A DNA stretch of 64,000 nt, taken from the NCBI GenBank assembly GCA_044225365.1, contig JBGAIQ010000001.1, forward strand, positions 32,001 to 96,000, written 5' to 3'. Source of the DNA: Planctomycetota bacterium (lineage in GTDB: Bacteria; Planctomycetota; B15-G4; JADJEK01). Each line of letters begins with the position of its first letter. Position 1 is the stretch's first letter. This document shows, piece after piece, positions 1 to 11,448 of this stretch. The translations under genes were made by a program, and so were the position numbers. Below the pieces are notes generated by a model that was given only the letters and a program-made list of their open reading frames with translations, was not told the origin of the DNA and made no database searches.

Positions 1-732
1 AGCGGCGACTTCGTGGGCCTCGCCTGCGGCCTCGACGGCTACCTCTATTCGTCGGACTTCGATTTCACGACCGACACGCATGTCTACCGTATCGATCCAT
101 CGACCGGCGCCGCGACGCTGCTCGGCACGCTCGGCGGCGGCAACATGGTCGCGCGCGACATGATCTGCTACCTCGATTTCGCGTCGGGCGACGTCGATGG
201 CGATGGATATTCCTCCGCGATGGAGACCGCGGCGGGGACGAGTGATTACGACGCCGTGGCGCATCCGTTCTCCTCGCTCCTGACCACGCCGGTCCCGGTG
301 AACGCGTCGAACATGGTGAAGAAGCTGAAGATCAAGCTCCGCTTCGACAGCGCGAGCGCGGACACCATCTCCGTCTCCGGCAAGTTGCCTTCGGACGCCT
401 TCTCCGCTCTCGCGGGAACGGAGATGTACGTCGACGTCGGCGGCTACTTCACGGCTTTCACCTTGAACGGACTCGGTCAGGGCGTTGGCACCGACGGATC
501 GACGATCCTCGTCAAGCTGCATCCGGGGACCAGCAAGGCGACGTTCAAGCTCGATGTTCCTCCGACATCCGCCGCGGTGACCTTGCTCGACGACGGCCTC
601 GTGAACTCGACCGTGTCGCATCAGACGCTCTCGATCCCGATCGCGGTATGGCTCGAGACGGGCGTCTACACCGACGATCAGAACGTACGATACGACGCGA
701 TCGCGAACGTGAAGGGCACGGCCAAGCACTGA
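1..732 (+). CDS. 5'-truncated secreted/surface protein: propeller-like repeat, DGDG Ca-binding-like motif, C-terminal beta-rich domain
   Basis: Frame is open from the window start to TGA at 730-732; contains LYSSD...YRIDPSTGAATLLG and GDVDGDGYSSAMETAAGT motifs; typical codon bias. Confidence 0.6.
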   Translation, partial: SGDFVGLACGLDGYLYSSDFDFTTDTHVYRIDPSTGAATLLGTLGGGNMVARDMICYLDFASGDVDGDGYSSAMETAAGTSDYDAVAHPFSSLLTTPVPVNASNMVKKLKIKLRFDSASADTISVSGKLPSDAFSALAGTEMYVDVGGYFTAFTLNGLGQGVGTDGSTILVKLHPGTSKATFKLDVPPTSAAVTLLDDGLVNSTVSHQTLSIPIAVWLETGVYTDDQNVRYDAIANVKGTAKH

Positions 733-756
733 TCGCGCTCGGGACGGGCGGACGAT

Positions 757-799
757 GAGCATCCCGGGTCGTGGTCGAAAGCCGCGGCCCGGGATGCTT
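757..799 (+). terminator. Long GC-rich stem-loop after the first CDS (terminator-like)
   Basis: AGCATCCCGGGTCGTGGT-CGAAA-GCCGCGGCCCGGGATGCT, about 18 bp; the G-U pairs fit the + strand; U-tract is poor. Confidence 0.55.
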
Positions 800-868
800 G
801 ACTTCCCTCCCTCATGAAGCGAGAGTTCAGGTCCGCGCCCTTCGCGCGGAATGTCCCTTGGAGCCACC

Positions 869-1096
869 ATGGCGCTCGATCCCGAACTGCTCGACATCCT
901 GGCCTGTCCGGAGTCGAAAGCCCCGCTCATCTACTTCGAAGCGGAGGGCTTCCTGTTCTGTCCGAAGTCGCGTCGCAAGTATGCGATCAAGGACGGCATT
1001 CCCGTGATGCTCATCGATGAATCGGAACTGCTCTCCGAGGCCGATGCCAAGCGCTGGGTCGACCAGGCCAAAGCGGCGAATCTGAAGAACGCCTGA
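869..1096 (+). CDS. Trm112/YcaR (UPF0434) family protein
   Basis: MALDPELLDILACPESK...YAIKDGIPVMLIDE signature; GGAG RBS before ATG 869. Confidence 0.9.
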   Translation: MALDPELLDILACPESKAPLIYFEAEGFLFCPKSRRKYAIKDGIPVMLIDESELLSEADAKRWVDQAKAANLKNA

Positions 1097-1266
1097 TCGC
1101 GTATTCCAGCGCGAGCGGGGAGTTCCGAGAGGCGGGTGCGACTTCCCGCATTTCGTGCGCGCAACACCGCGATGCGCGATTCGCTTTTGAGGGGCAAGGG
1201 AACTCTTCGAGCGGGGGGTAGTCCGCCGAGATACGCATTCGTCGACTCCATGCGAGTCGTTCGATC

Positions 1267-1905
1267 ATGCGAATCCCCAGACCGAGATCCTCGATCATCG
1301 AAACCTGCACCGGAAGTCTTGCCTTCCGTCGGCTCGTGGTGATCGTCTGGGCCGCAGCGTCGGTCGCTGGCATCGCGGGATTGTCCCGTCTCGAGAGCGC
1401 GCCGGGCGCGCAGCGATCGGCCCCCACGAAGTGGACCGCGAAGCAGCTCGAACGACTCGGAGATCTCGACCATGAGCGTTGGAACCTCGTGGTCTTCGCC
1501 CATCCCAAGTGCCCCTGCATGCGTGCGACGATCGAGAACCTCGATCAGTTGCTCGTCGAGAGCGGGGATCGAATCGCCACGAAGGCCGTCTTCTTCCTCG
1601 ATCCGAACGCCGAAGCGTCGTGGGCCTTCACCGACACGTGGGACCGGGCGCGACGACTCCCGCGCACGAGCACGTTCGAGGATCGCGGCGGTGGGATCGC
1701 GGCCGACTTCGGCGCCGCGACTTCCGGCGACGTCTTCCTCTTCGATCCCGACGGCGCACTTCGCTTTCGCGGCGGATTGACGTCGGCGCGCGGGCACGCC
1801 GGCGGTTCGATCGGTGTGAAGGCGGTCCTGGATCTCGTACAGGGGCGGGGCGGCGATCGGTCCTCGACCCCCGTGTTCGGCTGTCCCATCGAGGAAGAAA
1901 GATGA
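1267..1905 (+). CDS. RedB-like exported redoxin-like protein
   Basis: N-terminal hydrophobic segment; FAHPKCPCxRAT, FGAATSG, GGLTSARGHAG and C-terminal VFGCP motifs recalled from RedB-family proteins; start codon uncertain. Confidence 0.7.
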   Translation: MRIPRPRSSIIETCTGSLAFRRLVVIVWAAASVAGIAGLSRLESAPGAQRSAPTKWTAKQLERLGDLDHERWNLVVFAHPKCPCMRATIENLDQLLVESGDRIATKAVFFLDPNAEASWAFTDTWDRARRLPRTSTFEDRGGGIAADFGAATSGDVFLFDPDGALRFRGGLTSARGHAGGSIGVKAVLDLVQGRGGDRSSTPVFGCPIEEER

Positions 1906-3767
1906 GCGACGACGACGTCGAGGCGATGCGCGCCGCGGAGATCTTCGCACGCTCACAGCGCTCGCTCCACGAACGAACCGACCGGCTGTTCGCGTGGCTC
2001 ATGGCGGGTCAGTGGTTCTTCACGGTTCTCTGCGCGGTGATGTTCTCTCCGCAGACGTGGGTCGGGAGTGCGAGCCGCATCCACATCCACGTGCTCGCGG
2101 CGACGGGACTCGGGGGCATGCTCGCGATCCCCGTCCTCTTCCTCGCATGGCGCAGGCCGGGTGAAGTCGCGACGCGATACTCGATCACGATCGCCCAGGC
2201 CCTGTTCTCCGCGCTCCTCATCCACGTGATGGGCGGACGAATCGAGACTCACTTCCACATCTTTGGATCCCTCGCGTTCCTCGCCTTCTATCGAGACGGG
2301 CGAATCATCCTGCTCGCGACGCTCCTCCTCGCGATCGATCACTTCTTCCGCGGGTGGCTGTGGCCGGAGTCGGTCTTCGGGCTCGCGGCGCCGGAGCGCT
2401 GGCGTTGGATCGAGCACACGGGCTGGATGCTCTTCGAGGACGTGTTCCTGATCTGGTCCTGTCGACGCGGTGTTCTCGAGATGAAGAGCGTCGCGAGTCG
2501 TCAAGCCGAGCTGGAACGAGTGAACGCGCGGATCGAGCACGAGGTCGAGTTGCGCACGGCGGAGCTGCGAGTCGCTCGCGATCAGGCGCTCGATGCCGTG
2601 CGGTTGAAGTCCGAGTTCCTCGCGAACATGAGCCACGAGATCCGTACACCGTTGAATGGCATCCTCGGATTCGTGCAGCTCCTCAGCGCATCGAAGCTGG
2701 AGACCGAGCAACGCGAGTTCGTGGCGACGATCGAGGAGAGCGGCGAGACGCTGCTCACGGTGCTCAACGACATCCTCGATTTCAGCAAGATCGAGGCCGG
2801 CCAGCTCAAGCTCGAGCACATCGAATTCGATCCGGCTCGGGTGATCGAGGGCGCTTCGGCATTGCTCACCGCGATGGCCTCCGCGAAAGACCTGGATTTC
2901 GTCGTCGAGACTCACGAGCTACGCGGATGCGTCGTCGTCGGCGATCCGACTCGTCTTCGTCAGGTGCTGCTCAATCTGATCGGCAACGCGATCAAGTTCA
3001 CCGAATCGGGCGGAGTGTCGGTGCGCGCGGCCTCGCAAGAACTCGATGCGAACCGAATCGAACTCGTGATCGAGATCACCGACACCGGGATCGGCATCTC
3101 GAATGAAGCTCGGTCGCGTATCTTCCAGGCATTCTCGCAGGCGGACGGCTCGACGACGCGGCGCTTCGGAGGTACGGGCCTCGGCCTGTCGATCTGCCGC
3201 CGTCTCGTCGAGTTGATGGAGGGCTCGATCACGTTGGTCAGTGAGCCCGGGTGCGGCAGCACGTTCACGGTGCGCCTCGAACTGCAGCGGGGGCGACGAT
3301 CCCAGGACGGCTCGGCGATCTCGGACGATTCGACGGAGCGACGGCCGAGCCGCGCGCGATCGCTCCGCGTGCTGGTCGCGGATGACAACCCCGTGAATCA
3401 ACGAGTGATCTCGGCCATGCTCCGGCATCGGGGTCACGTCGTCGACGTCGCATCCGACGGAGCTTCCGCTTTCCGAGCGCACGAGACCGCCCCGTACGAC
3501 CTCGTGTTCATGGACGCGCAAATGCCCGTGATGGACGGCTTCTCAGCGACGCGCGCGATTCGTGCTCGGGAGATGTTGAAGGGAACCTACACCCCGATCA
3601 TCGCGCTCACCGCCCACGCCATGCTCGGCTATCGTGATTTGTGCTTCGCCGCGGGAATGGACGACTATCTAACGAAGCCGATCGAGCAGGGCGAACTCGA
3701 TCGTGTGCTCGCGAAGGTACAAGAGAATTCGGCGACCGCGAAGCGACTCGAGGACGCTCCGGCGTGA
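1902..3767 (+). CDS. Membrane hybrid sensor histidine kinase/response regulator
   Basis: Multi-TM sensor (ETHFHIFGSLAFLAFYRD), H-box FLANMSHEIRTPLNG, N/G1/F/G2 boxes, REC domain (VADDN, MDAQMP, TKP); ATGA overlap with the upstream gene. Confidence 0.92.
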   Translation: MSDDDVEAMRAAEIFARSQRSLHERTDRLFAWLMAGQWFFTVLCAVMFSPQTWVGSASRIHIHVLAATGLGGMLAIPVLFLAWRRPGEVATRYSITIAQALFSALLIHVMGGRIETHFHIFGSLAFLAFYRDGRIILLATLLLAIDHFFRGWLWPESVFGLAAPERWRWIEHTGWMLFEDVFLIWSCRRGVLEMKSVASRQAELERVNARIEHEVELRTAELRVARDQALDAVRLKSEFLANMSHEIRTPLNGILGFVQLLSASKLETEQREFVATIEESGETLLTVLNDILDFSKIEAGQLKLEHIEFDPARVIEGASALLTAMASAKDLDFVVETHELRGCVVVGDPTRLRQVLLNLIGNAIKFTESGGVSVRAASQELDANRIELVIEITDTGIGISNEARSRIFQAFSQADGSTTRRFGGTGLGLSICRRLVELMEGSITLVSEPGCGSTFTVRLELQRGRRSQDGSAISDDSTERRPSRARSLRVLVADDNPVNQRVISAMLRHRGHVVDVASDGASAFRAHETAPYDLVFMDAQMPVMDGFSATRAIRAREMLKGTYTPIIALTAHAMLGYRDLCFAAGMDDYLTKPIEQGELDRVLAKVQENSATAKRLEDAPA

Positions 3768-3785
3768 CGCGCGATTCGGCGCGGG

Positions 3786-4904
3786 TCAGGGCGTCTGTGA
3801 CGTCTTCGGCTGGTAGTTCGGATTCCCGACCAGCACGTAGCAGTTTTTGCAGACCTCGGGGTAGTCGCGCGCGAACATGCGGCGGCGAAACTCCTGGTAG
3901 CGCGGTCCGTTCCAGATCGCCTCGAAGCTCTCCTTCGTGACGTCGCCCATCTTGAGCTCCTCCGGTCCACGGCAGCACGGGAACACCGCGCCGTCCGGGT
4001 TGACCTTGAGGTACGTCGTCGACATCGAGCAGTAGTTCGGGAATTGGCGCGAGATCGCGTCCGTGAAGCGCAGGCGAAGTTCCGCGAGCGGCGCCTTGTA
4101 ATGCTCCTCACGATTCGCAAAGTAGAAGCGGCCCTGGAACGGCGGGCGGAGTTCCAACGTGAGATCGATCTTGCGCGCTTCCGCGACCGCGCGAGCTTTC
4201 GTGAGCTCGGCCGCGATCTGCTCGTGCGAGACCTTGCCCTCCCAGACGAGGCTGTCGAACTGCGTGGAATTGGGGAGCAGTTCCTGGATGTTGCAGGCGG
4301 TGCCCCCGAGATCGGCGACGAGTTCGACGAACTTCGCCGCCTCGAACCAGTTCGTCGCCATCAACACGTAGTTGAACGTGACTTCGACGCCGTCCTGCAG
4401 CGCGCGCGGCAGCACGTTCTTCACGTTTTGCATGACGACGTCCCAGTTGGCGGGGACGCGGATCCGCTCGAACGTCTCCTTCGTCGCGGCGTCGAGCGAG
4501 ATCCAGAGCTTGTGCAGGCGGTCGCGGATCTTCTCGTAGCGTTCGAGCGTCAGCAGCGTGCCGTTGCTGAAGAGGTGCAGCCAGACGATGTGCTTGCGCG
4601 CCTGATCCGCGATGAGATCGACGTTGTTGAGCAGCGGCTCGCTGTTCGCCGACGGAGTCCAGTGCAATGTCCAGGGCAGGACGGAGTCGAGGAACTTGAT
4701 CCCGACCTCTTTGTCGAGCACCCAGTTCGGCTCGTCGTCCGACTTGGCGCACATGATGCACTTGAGATTGCAGAGATTGTTGAACGAGAACTCGAGACGA
4801 GTGGGGCGGCTCTTCCAGACCAGCGAATGCGTCGCAAGGTCCGAAGCGAGCGCGACTTCGTTGTCGAGTTCACGGTCGATCTTGGAGGCGGCAGGTTCCG
4901 ACAT
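3786..4904 (-). CDS. Radical SAM protein with SPASM/twitch domain
   Basis: CNLKCIMC motif; C-terminal C...NPDGAVFPCC...IWNG...CKNC; GGAG RBS before ATG 4904. Confidence 0.88.
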   Translation of the reverse strand: MSEPAASKIDRELDNEVALASDLATHSLVWKSRPTRLEFSFNNLCNLKCIMCAKSDDEPNWVLDKEVGIKFLDSVLPWTLHWTPSANSEPLLNNVDLIADQARKHIVWLHLFSNGTLLTLERYEKIRDRLHKLWISLDAATKETFERIRVPANWDVVMQNVKNVLPRALQDGVEVTFNYVLMATNWFEAAKFVELVADLGGTACNIQELLPNSTQFDSLVWEGKVSHEQIAAELTKARAVAEARKIDLTLELRPPFQGRFYFANREEHYKAPLAELRLRFTDAISRQFPNYCSMSTTYLKVNPDGAVFPCCRGPEELKMGDVTKESFEAIWNGPRYQEFRRRMFARDYPEVCKNCYVLVGNPNYQPKTSQTP

Positions 4905-4997
4905 GAGGCTCCATTGATAGCACGAAGCGTCGCAGCGGGCGCCCTCCAAATCGCCACACGCGGCACACCACGGGACGCGCCGCCGTCGACCCGGCGA

Positions 4998-5354
4998 TCA
5001 CTTCGCCGGCTTCGTCTTCGATTTGCCTTCGGAGGACGGCTTCTTCGCGGATTTCGCCGCGGGTGCCGCCGGACTCGATGGGGCCGTGCTCTCGGACTTC
5101 GTGGAGTCCGCTGCGGGTTTCGAACTCTCCCCGCCGCCCGAGTCCCGTTTTGCCGCGTCCTTGTAGGAGTCCGACCGATAGTCGGTGATGTAGAACCCGC
5201 TGCCCTTGAAGATGAACCCGCCGCCGACGCCGATCTTTCGCCTCAGCTTCTTCTTGCTGCACTTCGGGCACTTCGTGAGCGGGTCGTCCTTGATGCTCTG
5301 GAATTGCTCGAACTCGTTCTGGCACGCGTCGCAGACGTATTCGTAGGTGGGCAT
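4998..5354 (-). CDS. FmdB-family zinc-ribbon protein with low-complexity tail
   Basis: MPTYEYxCxxC...CPxC...FKGSGFYxTDY. Confidence 0.92.
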   Translation of the reverse strand: MPTYEYVCDACQNEFEQFQSIKDDPLTKCPKCSKKKLRRKIGVGGGFIFKGSGFYITDYRSDSYKDAAKRDSGGGESSKPAADSTKSESTAPSSPAAPAAKSAKKPSSEGKSKTKPAK

Positions 5355-5390
5355 CGCAGGCCTCTTGGAAGTGGGGAGGCGAGGAAAGGC

Positions 5391-5969
5391 TCAGGAGCTC
5401 TTCTGTTCGTTCGAGCCGCGCTTCTTGCACGCCACTCGCACCATCGCCGGACGGAGCAATCGATCGCCGATGCGATAGCCGCGCTGCCATTCGGCCGTGA
5501 TCGTGCCCGGAGCGACGGTGTCGGTCTCGTCCTCGGCGATCGCGTTGTGGAGATTGGGATCGAACGGTTTGCCGAGTGCCTCGACGGCTTCGACTCCGTG
5601 CTTCTTCAGCGCCTTCATCAGCAGGTCGTACACCATGCGCACGCCGAGGACGACCGGGTCGTTCTTCCGCTCGTCGCCACCGGCGCCGGCGAGGGCGCGC
5701 TCCATGTTGTCGACCGCATCGATCAAGTCGCCCGCGAAGTTCGTGATCGCGTACTGGCGCGCGTCCTGCAATTCGCGGAGCTGGCGCTTGCGCGCGTTCT
5801 CCTGATCGGCGAGTGCGCGCGCGGTGCGATCCTTCCATTCGTCCCGTTCCGCGGTGAGGCGGGTGACGGTGTCGTTCTCGTCGCCGTCGCGCGGGTCGGG
5901 TTCGCGTTCGGTCGCTTCGGAATCGAACTGCGAGGCGTCGGCTGCATCGTCGTCGGGCTTGCGCTTCAT
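5391..5969 (-). CDS. grpE: Nucleotide exchange factor GrpE
   Basis: [41 protein letters not shown]. Confidence 0.95.
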   Translation of the reverse strand: MKRKPDDDAADASQFDSEATEREPDPRDGDENDTVTRLTAERDEWKDRTARALADQENARKRQLRELQDARQYAITNFAGDLIDAVDNMERALAGAGGDERKNDPVVLGVRMVYDLLMKALKKHGVEAVEALGKPFDPNLHNAIAEDETDTVAPGTITAEWQRGYRIGDRLLRPAMVRVACKKRGSNEQKSS

Positions 5970-7111
5970 GGTTCGAACAACTCCCGTACCTTGTCGAGGA
6001 ATGATTTCCGCCGCGGGGTCGCGCTCGCTTCTTCGCCTTCGGCGAATTCGCGCAGCAGCACTTCCTGGCGCGGAGTCAATTTCCGAGGGACTTCGACCGC
6101 GACCTTCACGAGGAGGTTTCCGCGGCCGTATCCCTGCATGTTCTGGAGGCCGAGGCCACTCAATTCGAAGATCTTGCCGGACTGCGTTCCACGGGGGATC
6201 GTGAGAGGGGTGCGGCCCGAGAGCGTGGGAACCTCGACGTCGGCGCCGAGCGCCGCCTGCGGGAACGTGATCGGCATCTCGCAGACGAGGTCGTCGCCAT
6301 CGCGAGTGAAGATCGGGTGCGGCTTCACCTTGATGAAGCAGTAGACGTCGCCGCGAGCGTCACCCTGTTGTGGGAGTTCGCCCTCGCCGGCGACGCGCAA
6401 TTGCACGCCATCGGGAACGCCCGCCGGCACGCGAACCGTGATCGTCAGTTTCTTCGGGACACGACCCGCTCCGCGACACGCGGTGCAGGGAGTCTCGATC
6501 ACGCTGCCTGCGCCTTGACAGCGCGGACAAACCTGACGGATCGCGAAGAAACCCTGCGAGATCTGGATCTGGCCGTGACCGCCGCATTCGGCGCATGTCT
6601 TTCGTTTCGTGCCGACCTTGGCACCGGTGCCCGAGCACGTCTCGCACGGCTCGGCGCGACGGATGTCGACCTTCTTCTCCGCACCCTTGTCCACCTCGTC
6701 GAGCGTGAGTTCGATCTCCGCCTTCAACGAAGGGCCGCGCTCGCCGCGCCCGCGGCCGCGAAAGCCGAACATCTCGTCGAAAGGCGATCCTCCTCCGCTG
6801 CTCCCGCCGCCGCCAAAGATGTCACCGAACGCTGCGAAGATGTCCTCGAACGATGCGAAGCCGCGCGCGCCGCCGCCCGCCGCGCCCTCGAGACCCTTGT
6901 GCCCATACTTGTCGTAGATCGCGCGCTTCTGGTCGTCGGAGAGGACTTCGTAGGCCTCCGCGGCTTCCTTGAAGCGCTGCTCGGCCTCGGCGTTGCCCTT
7001 GTTGCGATCGGGGTGGTACTTGAAGGCGAGCTTGCGATACGAGCGCTTGATGTCGTCCTGCGACGACGTGCGTTCGACCTCGAGCACTTCGTAGTAGTCG
7101 CGTTTTGCCAT
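5966..7111 (-). CDS. dnaJ: Chaperone DnaJ
   Basis: J-domain with HPD, G/F-rich region, four CxxCxGxG repeats; start at MAKRDYY. Confidence 0.97.
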   Translation of the reverse strand: MAKRDYYEVLEVERTSSQDDIKRSYRKLAFKYHPDRNKGNAEAEQRFKEAAEAYEVLSDDQKRAIYDKYGHKGLEGAAGGGARGFASFEDIFAAFGDIFGGGGSSGGGSPFDEMFGFRGRGRGERGPSLKAEIELTLDEVDKGAEKKVDIRRAEPCETCSGTGAKVGTKRKTCAECGGHGQIQISQGFFAIRQVCPRCQGAGSVIETPCTACRGAGRVPKKLTITVRVPAGVPDGVQLRVAGEGELPQQGDARGDVYCFIKVKPHPIFTRDGDDLVCEMPITFPQAALGADVEVPTLSGRTPLTIPRGTQSGKIFELSGLGLQNMQGYGRGNLLVKVAVEVPRKLTPRQEVLLREFAEGEEASATPRRKSFLDKVRELFEP

Positions 7112-7209
7112 TCTGCCCGGGGGATTCTCGTTCCGTCGCTCTTGTCGAAAGGCCCCGGCGAGCAGGGGTTCGCTCACCGGGGCCCATCACGCTGCCTCGA
7201 ATACCGGCA

Positions 7210-8823
<1,614 letters not shown>

Positions 8824-8846
8824 CTATCTCTTTCCGGGTGCGTTCT

Positions 8847-9140
8847 TCAGGACTCGAGGCGCAAGAGGATCTCGCTCTCGCGCATGATCTTCACTTCCTT
8901 GCCGTCGATCTTGACGTCGGAGCCGGCGTACTTGCCGAACATCACGACGTCCTGGACCTTGACGGTCAGAGGATGGCGCTCGCCGTTCTTGCCGGACTTC
9001 CCGGCGCCGACCGCGGTCACGCGACCACGCTGCGGCTTCTCCTTCGCAGTGTCGGGCAGCAGGATGCCGCCGGCCGACTTCTGCTCGGCTTCGAGGACCT
9101 CGACCACGACCCGGTCGTCGATGGGACGAATCTTGACCAT
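8847..9140 (-). CDS. groES: Co-chaperonin GroES
   Basis: IRPIDDRVVV, GGILLPDTAKEKPQRG, KYAG. Confidence 0.98.
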   Translation of the reverse strand: MVKIRPIDDRVVVEVLEAEQKSAGGILLPDTAKEKPQRGRVTAVGAGKSGKNGERHPLTVKVQDVVMFGKYAGSDVKIDGKEVKIMRESEILLRLES

Positions 9141-9214
9141 GACAATTCTCTCCGATGCTGTTTGTATTCTTGGTTCGTGCGGACGGAATGGATCGAGAGT
9201 GAGGCGCTTCGGAC

Positions 9215-10906
9215 TCAGAAGTCCATGCCTCCGCCCATGCCACCCATACCGCCCATTCCACCCATGCCACCCATACCGCCCATACCGCCCATCTCGTCGT
9301 GACCACCGGGGCCGCCCTTGTTGTCGCTCTCCTTCTTCGGGAGTTCCGCGACGAGGGCGTCGGTGGTGAGGAGGAGGGCTGCGACGGACGCACCGTTGGT
9401 GAGTGCCGTGCGGACGACCTTGGCAGCGTCGATCACACCGAACTCGAGCATGTCGCCGAAGCGCTCGCCGAGCGCGTCGTAGCCGAACGAGCCCTTGCCC
9501 GCGAGGACCTGCTTCAGGATCAGCGGAGCGTCGGCGCCCGCGTTGTTCGCGATGGTGCGCAGCGGTTGCTCGACCGCCTTCTTCAGGATCTGGATGCCGA
9601 AGGCTTCGTCGCCCGCGACCTCGACCTTGTCGAGCGCCTTGCGGGCCCGTAGGAGCGCCACGCCGCCGCCGGGGACGATGCCTTCTTGCACCGCCGCGCG
9701 CGTCGCGTGGAGCGCATCCTCGATGCGCGCCTTCTTCTCCTTGACCTCGACCTCGGTCGCGCCGCCGACCTTGATCACCGCGACGCCGCCCGCGAGCTTC
9801 GCGAGACGCTCTTCGAGCTTCTCACGATCGTAGTCGGAAGTCGCCTTCTCGATCTCGCGACGGATCTGCTCGCCGCGCGCCTTGACGGCCTTGTCCGAAC
9901 CCGCACCCGAGACGATCGTCGTGTTTTCCGACGAGATCGTGATCTTGGCGGCCTTGCCAAGATCCGCGAGGCGGATGCTCTCGAGGTCGATTCCGAGATC
10001 CTTGAAGAGCGGCTTGCCGCCCGTGAGGATCGCGATGTCCTCCATCATGGCCTTGCGGCGATCGCCGTATCCCGGCGCCTTGACGGCCGCGCACTTCAGG
10101 ATGCCGCGCAGCTTGTTGACGACGAGCGTCGCGAGCGCCTCGCCCTCGACATCCTCCGCGATGATGAGCAGCGGGCGACCTTGCTGGCTGACCTGCTCGA
10201 GCAGCGGGATGAGCTTCTTCGCGGACGAGAGCTTGTCCTCGTGGATGAGCACGAAAGCGTTCTCGAGCTCTACTTCCATCTTCTCCGTGTCGGTCACGAA
10301 GTGCGGCGAGAGGAAGCCGCGGTCGAACTGCATGCCCTCGACGACGTCGACCTGGGTCTCGACGTTACGTCCGTCGTCGACCGTGATCACGCCATCCTTG
10401 CCGACGCGGCTCATCGCGTCCGCGATCATCTTGCCGACCTCGGCATCGTTGTTCGCGGAGATGGCGGCGACGTGGAGGATCTCGCGCTGATCATCGGCCT
10501 TCTTGGCGCTCGCGGTGATCTCCGCGCACATCGCGTCGACGCCCTTCTTGATGCCGCGGGTGAGCGCCGCGGCGTTCACTCCCGACGTGAGGAACTTCAG
10601 GCCTTCGAGGAAAACGGCTTCCGCGATGACCGTCGCCGTCGTCGTGCCGTCACCCGCGACGTCGCTCGTCTTCGATGCGGCTTCCTTCACGAGCTGCGCC
10701 GCCATGTTCTCGTAGGCGTCCTTGAGCTCGATCTCCTCGGCGACGGTGACGCCGTCCTTGGTGATCGTCGGTGCGCCCCAGCCCTTGTCGATGACCGCAT
10801 TGCGGCCGCGCGGACCGAGCGTGCTCTTCACGGCGCGGGCGATCTTGATGACGCCGTCGCGCAGTCTCTCACGAGCTTCTTGTTCGAAGGCGAGCTGCTT
10901 CGCCAT
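9215..10906 (-). CDS. groEL: Chaperonin GroEL (copy with GGM tail)
   Basis: [28 protein letters not shown]-terminal (GGM)n. Confidence 0.98.
   Translation of the reverse strand: MAKQLAFEQEARERLRDGVIKIARAVKSTLGPRGRNAVIDKGWGAPTITKDGVTVAEEIELKDAYENMAAQLVKEAASKTSDVAGDGTTTATVIAEAVFLEGLKFLTSGVNAAALTRGIKKGVDAMCAEITASAKKADDQREILHVAAISANNDAEVGKMIADAMSRVGKDGVITVDDGRNVETQVDVVEGMQFDRGFLSPHFVTDTEKMEVELENAFVLIHEDKLSSAKKLIPLLEQVSQQGRPLLIIAEDVEGEALATLVVNKLRGILKCAAVKAPGYGDRRKAMMEDIAILTGGKPLFKDLGIDLESIRLADLGKAAKITISSENTTIVSGAGSDKAVKARGEQIRREIEKATSDYDREKLEERLAKLAGGVAVIKVGGATEVEVKEKKARIEDALHATRAAVQEGIVPGGGVALLRARKALDKVEVAGDEAFGIQILKKAVEQPLRTIANNAGADAPLILKQVLAGKGSFGYDALGERFGDMLEFGVIDAAKVVRTALTNGASVAALLLTTDALVAELPKKESDNKGGPGGHDEMGGMGGMGGMGGMGGMGGMGGGMDF
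9224..9292 (-). repeat. Imperfect 9-bp tandem repeat encoding the GroEL GGM tail
   Basis: (CCRCCCATN)n on the + strand translates as MGGMGGMGG... on the - strand. Confidence 0.9.
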
Positions 10907-11253
10907 GGTGAGTTGTACTCCCGTCTTGGGTTTGCTTTCGGAAAACGACGAAGCGCAACGGTCCGACTCCGCTCTCGAAGCTCGGGCGCGAGCGCTTTTC
11001 TTGTTCTGACGACCGGTCAGGTCTCGTTCGTGGCGGTCGTGCGACCGCGAGTTCGCTGCGTTCGATCGCAGGACTCGCGGCGCGGCGGAATGTTCCGCAT
11101 CGACTGCACGGACGGCGACGCGATCGCCTCAGCAATTCGAATACCGACCCCTTTCGTCGCAGTGCCTGCGTTTCGGGGGCTCGAGTCGGTCCAGATGCGA
11201 GTCCATAAGCTTATATTTGCAAGTGACGTGCGGCAATGCGATGGAGCGAGTCG

Positions 11254-11311
11254 CGGCGCCGACATCCTGTCGTAGGAGCGCAGCGGCAGGAAACGGCGCC
11301 GACAGATTGTC
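11254..11311. promoter_or_regulatory. Two CGGCGCC-GACA-N3-TGTC boxes exactly 40 bp apart in the divergent region upstream of groEL
   Basis: CGGCGCCGACATCCTGTC (11254-11271) and CGGCGCCGACAGATTGTC (11294-11311); palindromic cores. Confidence 0.5.
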
Positions 11312-11448
11312 ATGGTCGCGTTCTAGCGTCCTGCTTCGCAGGGTCGTTTCGAGCCGTGGATGCGATCTCGCACTGCGGGGTGCGAGCACGTAGATTGCGC
11401 GACCTTCGACCCCCAGGCCCCGCAAGAACATCGATCGGGACGTGCGTC

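Noticed and set aside
9224-9292. Tandem repeat as a CRISPR or contingency locus
   Set aside because: It encodes the ordinary GGM tail of GroEL; no spacers and no cas genes
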